NCBI GenBank assembly: GCA_021159005.1
Contig: JAGGSN010000078.1
Span: 8,489 to 72,488 of the forward strand
DNA length: 64,000 bases
Direction: 5' to 3'
DNA from: Candidatus Zixiibacteriota bacterium
Lineage (GTDB): Bacteria; Zixibacteria; MSB-5A5; UBA10806; 4484-95
Part shown: piece after piece, positions 19,285 through 26,533 of the stretch
How positions within the stretch are numbered: position 1 is the stretch's first letter
Layout of the letters: the number at the start of each line of letters is the position of its first letter
Notes under the pieces: model-generated
Databases searched by the model: none
What the model was told of the DNA's origin: nothing
Seen by the model: only the letters and a program-made list of their open reading frames with translations
Program-made: the position numbers and the translations under genes

Positions 19285-19405
19285 CACTACTGTCCGGGCT
19301 TTTGTCCGCCTTAAGCGGATGCAATAGTGATCATCATCGAATAAGAATCGACTTCTGAAATCTAATTCCTCCTGTCGGCGGACAGGCATGAGATATTATG
19401 CAAAG
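19285..19405. repeat. Repeat family F, copy 1 (about 121 nt; candidate structured ncRNA)
   Basis: 'CACTACTGTCCGGGCTTTTGTCCGCC...CCTGTCGGCGGACAGGCATGA'. The 5' 'TGTCCGCC' can pair with the 3' 'GGCGGACA'. Flanked by T7 and A7. Second copy at 57579-57740. Short fragment at 5494-5507. Confidence 0.5.
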
Positions 19406-19471
19406 CAAAAAAATAGAACTTGTTTGCCTATAAAGATATTCTAACGACCTATTATTTTAGTGAAAGGCTTT

Positions 19472-19543
19472 CTGAGTTTCCGTTTTCACGAGAATGACAT
19501 TACTGAGTTCCCGTTTTCACGAGAATGACAATACTGGATTCCC
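19472..19543. promoter_or_regulatory. Tandem 31-bp direct repeats (2.3 copies) in the divergent PilZ/HD intergenic region
   Basis: 'CTGAGTTTCCGTTTTCACGAGAATGACATTA' then 'CTGAGTTCCCGTTTTCACGAGAATGACAATA' then 'CTGGATTCCC'. Each unit contains 'GTGAAA..TTTTCAC' dyad symmetry. Confidence 0.45.
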
Positions 19544-19669
19544 AGCTGTGGCGCTATGATATTTTTTTGCGGTTCTTCAATTTCATCCAACCACAAATTG
19601 ACTTTCAGTTCTTAATCTGTTTTATTAGCGGAAAATTAAACTCGGTTTCTTAAAATAAAGGAGGCGATA

Positions 19670-20206
19670 ATGCCTGATGATGTTTATAAACTATGGCCGG
19701 AATTGAAGTGGATTAAAGATGACGGCCTTCGCGTCAAAACCGCCGAAACATGGGAACTGGCACTGCAGGAAAGCAAGCTGAATGCTGATGACTTAAACGA
19801 AATACCTTTCACTTTACTGGTTAAAGATTGCCCGGTAACATTCATGGAACATAAGCGGGCAGTCGTTCACATTGCTTACACAGCGGCAAAATCAATGCAG
19901 AATTTCTTTGGCGATAACCTGCCAATCGATATCGATATTGTCATCTCCGGCGCTATTTTAGCTGATGTTGGCAAGCTTTTGGAATATGACAAAGTTGATG
20001 GTAAAGCCGTGGTAAGCGCTTATGGCAAATACGTGCGGCATCCCTTTTCAGGCGTTGGCCTGGCTATGAAATGCGGCGTACCGGATAAAGTCTGTCATAT
20101 CATCGCCACGCATGCCGGCGAGGGCGATTTATTTAAGCGCACAACCGAGGCTTATATTGTGCATCATGCCGACTTTATGAGTTTCTTGCCCTTTAAGAAT
20201 CTGTAG
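19670..20206 (+). CDS. HD-domain protein (metal-dependent phosphohydrolase superfamily)
   Basis: 178 aa with GGAGG RBS. HD-like His/Asp pattern ('VVHIAY', 'HHADF'). No GYP motif. Confidence 0.5.
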   Translation: MPDDVYKLWPELKWIKDDGLRVKTAETWELALQESKLNADDLNEIPFTLLVKDCPVTFMEHKRAVVHIAYTAAKSMQNFFGDNLPIDIDIVISGAILADVGKLLEYDKVDGKAVVSAYGKYVRHPFSGVGLAMKCGVPDKVCHIIATHAGEGDLFKRTTEAYIVHHADFMSFLPFKNL

Positions 20207-20214
20207 ATACAATC

Positions 20215-20991
20215 ATGCTTATTGATGCCCATGCACATCTCGACAGATACGAGAGTCAGCTCGAATCGGCTCTCAATGAAATAAACCGGCATAAGATATT
20301 TACTATCAGCAACTCAATGGATTTGCATTCATACAGCCGCAATCTTGAGATAGCGAGAAAATGTCGCTTTGTCCTACCCGCTTTTGGAATTCATCCCTGG
20401 CATGCCGACAGTTACTGTGAACGGCTTGACGAGCTTGAGAAGCCAACGAGTGAAAGCATAATAATTGGAGAAATCGGCCTGGATTATCATTTTATTGACG
20501 ATGAAACCCGCTATCCGGCGCAATGGAAAGTGTTTGAATTTTTCCTCAAAAAAGCTAAGGAACGAAACAAGCTTATCAATGTTCGTACCAAGGAAGCTGA
20601 ACAGGACGTATTAAACCTTTTAGATATATATGGAATAGAAAAGGCGATTATTCACTGGTATTCCGGGCCTTTAGATATTCTTGGGGACATGGTGGATAAG
20701 GGATATTATTTTACTATCGGCGTTGATGTTCTTTTTTCAGACCATATCAAGGAAATAGCCCGCATACTGCCATCAGAGCAATTGCTGACAGAGACAGATA
20801 ATCCCGGTGGTTATAACTGGCTGGCAGGTAAGCCGGGTATGCCGGGGATACTCAATAACGTGATAAAGGAAGCTGCTGATATACGGGGAGCATCCGTTGA
20901 TAATATAATTAATGTTGTGGAAAGAAATTTCAAACGCTTAATAGCTGATAACAATAAACTAAAAGAGGTTTTTGAAAAAGCCTGTAAATAG
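20215..20991 (+). CDS. tatD: TatD-family metal-dependent hydrolase
   Basis: N-terminal 'LIDAHAHLD' and a TatD-like His/Glu pattern. 258 aa. Confidence 0.8.
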   Translation: MLIDAHAHLDRYESQLESALNEINRHKIFTISNSMDLHSYSRNLEIARKCRFVLPAFGIHPWHADSYCERLDELEKPTSESIIIGEIGLDYHFIDDETRYPAQWKVFEFFLKKAKERNKLINVRTKEAEQDVLNLLDIYGIEKAIIHWYSGPLDILGDMVDKGYYFTIGVDVLFSDHIKEIARILPSEQLLTETDNPGGYNWLAGKPGMPGILNNVIKEAADIRGASVDNIINVVERNFKRLIADNNKLKEVFEKACK

Positions 20992-20997
20992 CCATAG

Positions 20998-21033
20998 GCG
21001 GTCAGAAACTTTATCTGACCGCACTATTTTTTT
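20998..21033 (+). terminator. Rho-independent terminator after tatD
   Basis: 9-bp stem GCGGUCAGA/UCUGACCGC with 7-nt loop, followed by ACUAUUUUUUU. Confidence 0.75.
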
Positions 21034-21070
21034 AATTCGGATTATTTACGAATCTTAACATGTGATTCTT

Positions 21071-21105
21071 CTGCCGGAGCTGTGGGAAGTAACTTCCGAC
21101 AGCAC
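21071..21105. repeat. Dispersed palindromic repeat family C
   Basis: 'GCTGTGGGAAGTAACTTCCGACAGC'. Other copies at 45007-45032 (perfect palindrome) and 61452-61476. Confidence 0.6.
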
Positions 21106-21154
21106 AAAAATCCGTCTCAGGCGATGCCCTTATGCGCTGATGTTTTTTTATGTT

Positions 21155-21196
21155 GTGTCAGTTCGTAGTCCGCCTAAGGCGGATGAACTGACACAT
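21155..21196. repeat. 42-nt imperfect palindrome (family G, 'CCGCCTAAGGCGGA' core)
   Basis: 'GTGTCAGTTCGTAGTCCGCCTAAGGCGGATGAACTGACACAT'. Related cores at 24877-24893 and 45139-45156, and inside the family-F element. Confidence 0.5.
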
Positions 21197-21271
21197 TTTG
21201 CTTGATAAGAAATCAGCAGGTTACTCTATTTTACTACGATCTGACTAAACAGTTGGATTTAACGTTAAAAG

Positions 21272-21338
21272 CATACCCCTGACCCCTCTCGAGAGGGGAA
21301 TAATAAAAAGGCTGGTGCACGAGGACATGCACCAGCCA
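21272..21338. repeat. Composite repeat, family A hairpin plus family B palindrome
   Basis: 'CATACCCCTGACCCCTCTCGAGAGGGGAATAATAAAAAG' followed by the perfect 10-bp-stem palindrome 'GGCTGGTGCACGAGGACATGCACCAGCC'. Confidence 0.65.
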
Positions 21339-21360
21339 CATATAACTCGCGCTCACGAGT

Positions 21361-22059
21361 TTATGGTATCAGCCCCAGCCAATCGCTGTACAGGAAATCG
21401 AGCCTGCCGATTAATAGCGACATACGCGACATTACCGTATATCCGAACGAGGCGCCGAAAGTAACCATAAGGAAATAGATGCCTATTTTGGCGGCGCCGC
21501 CGGTTATGCCTTTATGCTCTTTCGAGAAATAAAAATATGTCAATCCCGTAACTACGCCGATTAATATCAACAAGCTGTTGAAATTTGCCCAGCTAATAAA
21601 GCCGGGTTGGCCGATAACGATAAAGTTTTTCAGAGTATTCTCAATCTGCACCATTGCATTTGAGGCTAAGTATCGGGTAAGCTTTAGTCCGGCAGTGGTG
21701 CCGATAATGAATGCCAGCGGCCAGCGGGAAATCCAGCCGATACGAGGCACAAGCCTCAATACCATCATAATAGAGAGAATGCCCGCTACAACATACCATA
21801 TTCTTTGGTCATATTGACCATGCGCAAAGATATTTTGAAGCGCGCCATCCTCGCCGCCAAAACCTAACAATTTTGTTACGCCGAGGTTATCAAAAAGCTT
21901 CGGTACAAGGTTTTGCCAGAAAAGCGAGATAAACCAGAAACCAGCTGAAACACCCAGAAAAATCGCCTCGGTGAGCTTATAGAAAGGGTTATCCTTATAC
22001 AGAAATGATAAAATACCAAGCGTCAACAACGCGCCAATCCAGACTCCAATAACGGTCAT
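21361..22059 (-). CDS. Hypothetical polytopic membrane protein (operon gene 4 of 4)
   Basis: 232 aa with 5-6 TM helices. Start overlaps the upstream stop. Confidence 0.45.
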   Translation of the reverse strand: MTVIGVWIGALLTLGILSFLYKDNPFYKLTEAIFLGVSAGFWFISLFWQNLVPKLFDNLGVTKLLGFGGEDGALQNIFAHGQYDQRIWYVVAGILSIMMVLRLVPRIGWISRWPLAFIIGTTAGLKLTRYLASNAMVQIENTLKNFIVIGQPGFISWANFNSLLILIGVVTGLTYFYFSKEHKGITGGAAKIGIYFLMVTFGASFGYTVMSRMSLLIGRLDFLYSDWLGLIP

Positions 22060-22949
22060 AGTACCCCTCCTTTCTTTTCTTTACGGGTTGCGAAATAGGC
22101 AATATTAGCTACAATAATAAACAGCACAATTACGGTGTGCGCGAATGTCTGTCCAACCATGTATTTAACAGCCCGTCCTTTAAGATTTGTCAATATCTCG
22201 AACTCCGCGCCGCCTTTCATACCGCCTGCCAATCCCTGAAGCTGTCGGCCAAGATAGGGATACATCTGAGGCGCCTGAACCGCTGTATTGCCAGCGCCGA
22301 CAGTAACACCAAAACGATCGGCCGCATACAGAACCCATTCCAGGGTTCCGGGATATCCTGCCGATAAGTTGAATACATAATCGATATTGGAGAAATTTTT
22401 CACACCGCGCATGATAGGAAATGTTCCTACAGCTTGACCGCGATAATCAAGCGGGAACATATCCGGTATTGAGGAGCCCATTCTCTGGATGACCATCTCA
22501 TTCCCTGCCTGGAAACCAAGATTGATATAGTTCTCGCCATAAACAAATTTTTCTCCCTCCTTATCCTCCGCGATAACTCTAGCTCTTTCAGCCTGCACTG
22601 GTCCTTGCGGCCAGAGGCCAATCACTATAACTTTAAAATCGCGCTGCAAGGCATAGGTCAAGAACGTTTCCGCCATCGGCTGAAGTTCTGGCTCGGAGCT
22701 GGGGTCAAAATCGAGCGATATTAGCACTTTTGAGCCATCAGGCAATTTCTGCATAGATTCGACAAGCGACTCGACCGCCTCTGATATTGAAATATTCATT
22801 TCCATTGAAATAAACATGGGAATCGATAAAGCCACGAATATAAACAGAAAGATTATTCGACGATCGATATTCATTAATTTCACAAAGAAGTTTCTCATGC
22901 TTTCAGAAGCCATCTTAATCACCTCCCAGATATGAGCGTTCAATGCCAA
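22056..22949 (-). CDS. Hypothetical membrane protein (operon gene 3 of 4)
   Basis: 297 aa with an N-terminal TM, a soluble domain and a C-terminal TM. Overlapping start/stop with neighbours. Confidence 0.45.
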   Translation of the reverse strand: MALNAHIWEVIKMASESMRNFFVKLMNIDRRIIFLFIFVALSIPMFISMEMNISISEAVESLVESMQKLPDGSKVLISLDFDPSSEPELQPMAETFLTYALQRDFKVIVIGLWPQGPVQAERARVIAEDKEGEKFVYGENYINLGFQAGNEMVIQRMGSSIPDMFPLDYRGQAVGTFPIMRGVKNFSNIDYVFNLSAGYPGTLEWVLYAADRFGVTVGAGNTAVQAPQMYPYLGRQLQGLAGGMKGGAEFEILTNLKGRAVKYMVGQTFAHTVIVLFIIVANIAYFATRKEKKGGVL

Positions 22950-23562
22950 GAATAAGACGCAATGATGTTGAGGCTATGCCCAGCGCAATGCCTATCATAA
23001 TCGCTCTCTGACCAGCCATATTCAAGATATTCATAATCCATTCGGAAATTGATGACATATGCAGGAAATTAGGCAGCCAGCCGGTTAAATAATCGCCAAG
23101 AGGCACCTGGCCAAGCATTACAAAAAATGCCGCTAATAGCAGTATTGTCGCCTCTTTATTGCGCGCCCTAAATGCTCGGTAAGAAGCCGAACCCACATAG
23201 AAAGCCAAAAGGGCAAACATCATCGCTGTTAGGGGCGTATAAATGGAATCATAAATAAATCTGAAATCCGAACCTTCCTCCAAAAAACCCCGTCCGCTAT
23301 ATAATCCAACAATTATCGTAACAATAAAAGTGATTATGATTACAATGGCAAACTGCCAATCTTTCTGGTGTTTATATACTTTATCACCGGATACCTTTAT
23401 GAGATTTAGAACTCCAAGCAGAATAGCAGCAGCCTCGATTACCGAAAACCAGTCGGCAAAAACCTCATTTAATGTGCCGAAAGGTTTATGGGGAATGAAA
23501 TACTGAATAACCAGCACTGCGCCGACGATTCCTGCAATCATCAAGGGAACTTCACGTTTCAT
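22915..23562 (-). CDS. Hypothetical polytopic membrane protein (operon gene 2 of 4)
   Basis: 215 aa with six predicted TM helices. Confidence 0.45.
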   Translation of the reverse strand: MKREVPLMIAGIVGAVLVIQYFIPHKPFGTLNEVFADWFSVIEAAAILLGVLNLIKVSGDKVYKHQKDWQFAIVIIITFIVTIIVGLYSGRGFLEEGSDFRFIYDSIYTPLTAMMFALLAFYVGSASYRAFRARNKEATILLLAAFFVMLGQVPLGDYLTGWLPNFLHMSSISEWIMNILNMAGQRAIMIGIALGIASTSLRLILGIERSYLGGD

Positions 23563-23565
23563 CGG

Positions 23566-24780
23566 CTAACCTCCTGTTACATTAAAAAGTGATGCAAAAT
23601 TGCATATACCCAGAACCTGAATCACAAAACCGATAATCAGGGATAGTATAATCAACATTTTTCCAAAGTCTTGTCCCTTAAGAGAACCCAATTGCTTTGG
23701 CTCATGAGACAAGTAAGCGCTGGCGGCAAACAGCTCCTCCCCGATAAGAGTGTAATCGCAGGAAGCTACGAAGAATGGCAATTGGGAGGGCATAGCTGTT
23801 CCGGCAATCTGAATTGCGCCTATCGAATTTCCGGTTTCGGCTAAGATTAATGATTCGGCATAGAAAGCGCCCTGATAGAATATCGTGGCTGGTTTTTGGC
23901 GGACAATCAAACCATCGATACCGGCGGCATAGCCGAACTGGTCGTCGGTCAGGTAATACACCATATCATCCGAGTAGGTCTCGGGACGGCCGGCATTTAT
24001 ATAAGCCTCCTTAACTACCTCGCGCGCAGTAACCATAACCAGCGACCGCGAAACCGGCACATCTATACTTGCCTCATATTCAGCGGTCAGTTTCGCTACA
24101 CGGCTAAGGATAGTCAAGCCGGCGATAGTCTGCACTTCGTTCATATCCTGAGTGCCGGGAATGAAGAATATCTTTCTCCCCATTTCGGTGGCTCTGCCAA
24201 CAGCCTCATCGACAGCCTCCAAGCCGGCGATTTTTCTGATATACAGCTTCTTGCCGGCTTTAGCATGAGATATATAGTATAAGATTGCGCCTATTACTAT
24301 AACCGTGAGGATGAACATATTAATCAAGTTGGTATTAAACCACTGCTGGCTGGAGACAACGCTGTCGGTTGCTGCCGTGCGAGCTAAAGCGCCCCCAGCT
24401 TTCGATTCTATTGTATAATAATAATCCGCGCCGTCAATAACCTTGTAATCGATATATGTCATCCATTCCAGTTCATTACCAACCTTAACGGGGACTTCAT
24501 CGATTTTTTCGAATGGTCCATCCGGCGATGTGCCCCTTAGGATGTTATACCCTATGAATTCCGAAGTGCCGGCAAGGTCATCGACAGAGCGTTTCCACTT
24601 AACAGTAATCGATGAGCCGGCATCGTTGGGCGTATCTTTGGCAATCACCTCCTGAGGTGGAGCAACTGTCGGCGGCGGTATTGTATCGGGCTCCGGTATA
24701 GCCTCATCCTGAGCGAACGATACCGCCATTAACATTAGCGCTAAGAACACGCCGATAAGAAAAATTTGTTTCATCAACAC
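23566..24780 (-). CDS. Hypothetical membrane protein with a secreted N-terminal domain (operon gene 1 of 4)
   Basis: Signal peptide, a Pro-rich linker, a beta-rich domain of about 120 aa, a TM helix, a cytoplasmic domain of about 200 aa and a C-terminal TM. Confidence 0.45.
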   Translation of the reverse strand: MLMKQIFLIGVFLALMLMAVSFAQDEAIPEPDTIPPPTVAPPQEVIAKDTPNDAGSSITVKWKRSVDDLAGTSEFIGYNILRGTSPDGPFEKIDEVPVKVGNELEWMTYIDYKVIDGADYYYTIESKAGGALARTAATDSVVSSQQWFNTNLINMFILTVIVIGAILYYISHAKAGKKLYIRKIAGLEAVDEAVGRATEMGRKIFFIPGTQDMNEVQTIAGLTILSRVAKLTAEYEASIDVPVSRSLVMVTAREVVKEAYINAGRPETYSDDMVYYLTDDQFGYAAGIDGLIVRQKPATIFYQGAFYAESLILAETGNSIGAIQIAGTAMPSQLPFFVASCDYTLIGEELFAASAYLSHEPKQLGSLKGQDFGKMLIILSLIIGFVIQVLGICNFASLFNVTGG

Positions 24781-24876
24781 CTCTCTTTGGTTTGATATTG
24801 AAGCATTAGTTAAGAATGATTATTAATACGCTTTCGTTGCTGTTTACATTTGTCCATAGGTGAACTTGTCTGTAAT

Positions 24877-24914
24877 CTGCCTTAGGCGGACTGGCGCGCA
24901 AGGACGCACACCAG
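24877..24914. repeat. Family G-like and B-like degenerate palindromes
   Basis: 'TCTGCCTTAGGCGGACTGGCGCGCAAGGACGCACACCAG'. Confidence 0.4.
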
Positions 24915-25079
24915 TCGCTAATCCAAACATATAACATAACTATAATTTTATCTCAATTGCATGATATGAGTCAAGCGAAATAGATACGAGAGCTGGTTTA
25001 CAAAAGCTACAATTTTTATTATATGGCATCTTGACAATTAGAGCATTTTTAGTTATTATATGTAATACAAGAAGGCAAC

Positions 25080-26488
25080 ATGACTGATTACAAAAAAGAA
25101 ATGATAGCTTTTATAGTTGTTTTTATTGTAATGGGTTTTCAGCCTATATTGGCGACTATTATCGAGGTGCCGGAAGACTATTCGACTATACAAGCAGGTA
25201 TAGATGCCAGTTTGGATGGTGATACTGTGCTGGTAGAACCTTACACCTATTTTGAGAATATCAAATTCAATGGGCATAATCTTATGCTGGGGTCGTTGTT
25301 TTTAACTACGGGGGATACAAGCTATATTTCGCAGACGATTATTGATGGGAATTCGTCGGGTTCGGTTATAACATGCGATAGTAGTGAAAATATTACTGTT
25401 ACTATTACTGGTTTCAAAATACAAAATGGCGTGGGCAACATTTCTGGCGGTGGAATATTTTGTTATTGTTCTGATCCTACAATTACCCATAATATTATAA
25501 GTGAAAATGGCGCTGTGTATGGAGGCGGGATTTGTTGTGTTTGTTCTAACCCTAAGATTTTCAACAATATAATAAGCGGAAATTCCTCTTTCTATGGTGG
25601 CGGAATATTTTGTTATGATTCCGACCCTTTGATTTAAATAATACTATAAATGGAAATTCTGGAGAAGGCGGCGGAATTCGCTGCGAATTCGCTTCTCCAA
25701 CTCTTAAAAATAATACAATAAGTAATAATGGCATAAGCGCTATTTTATTGTTAGGTTCATCTTCGACAATATACAACAACATTATAATTAACAATTTTGC
25801 TACTAATGGTGGTGGAATCCATTGCATTGGTTCATCTTTATCAATTATCAATAGCACAATAAGCAGAAATAGTGCTTCTTGGGGAGGCGGTATTTTTAGC
25901 GATGCCAGTTCTCATATAATTGTTGCTAATACGATACTTTGGGAAGATACTGAGTATTGCGGACCGGAAGAGATTTACTCTAATTGCAGTACAACAGTAG
26001 CTATTTATAGCAACATCCAAGGCGGTTGGCCGGGTGAAGGCAACATGGATGCCGACCCGCTATTTGATGATCCCGACAATGGTAACTTTCGTCTTCTTGT
26101 CGGTTCACCATGTATAGACGCTGGTAACCCTAATTCTCCGTTTGACCCCGACAGCACCAGAGCGGATATAGGCGCATTCTATTTTGACCAATCAACAAGC
26201 ATTGAAGAAACCTATCCGCTGCCTTTGCAATTCTCTTTATCCCAAAACTATCCCAATCCTTTTAACCCAACAACCACAATCTCATTCATGTTAACGCATC
26301 CGCAGCACGCAACACTCAAAATCTATGACCTGCTTGGCAGGGAAATTCATACGCTTATTGATGAGCATAGACAAGCAGGGCAATATACCGCTGTTTTTGA
26401 TGCCTCCGATTTAGTTAGTGGTTTCTATTTCTACTGTCTGCAGGTGGACGATTATACCGAATCTAAGAGTATGATACTGTTGAAATAA
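25080..26488 (+). pseudogene. Frameshifted T9SS-cargo beta-helix protein (ORFs 25080-25637 and 25748-26488 are one gene)
   Basis: The parallel beta-helix repeat pattern 'S[DN]P.I..N.I.[SG][NE]...YGGGI' continues across the stop at 25635 in frame +2 ('NNTINGNSGEGGGIRCEF'). A single T missing in 'GATTT-AAATAAT' restores the repeat. The C-terminus is a T9SS sorting domain ('NYPNPFNP...VYFYCLQVDDYTESKSMILLK'). Confidence 0.6.
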
Positions 26489-26512
26489 AAAAAGGGCGGC
26501 TAAAGACCGCCC
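26486..26512 (-). terminator. Bidirectional rho-independent terminator, strongest on the minus strand
   Basis: Hairpin GGGCGG-CUAAAGA-CCGCCC. The minus-strand transcript has a U7 tail. The plus-strand tail is 'UUAAAAU'. Confidence 0.7.
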
Positions 26513-26533
26513 TTAAAATCACAATTTCAATTT

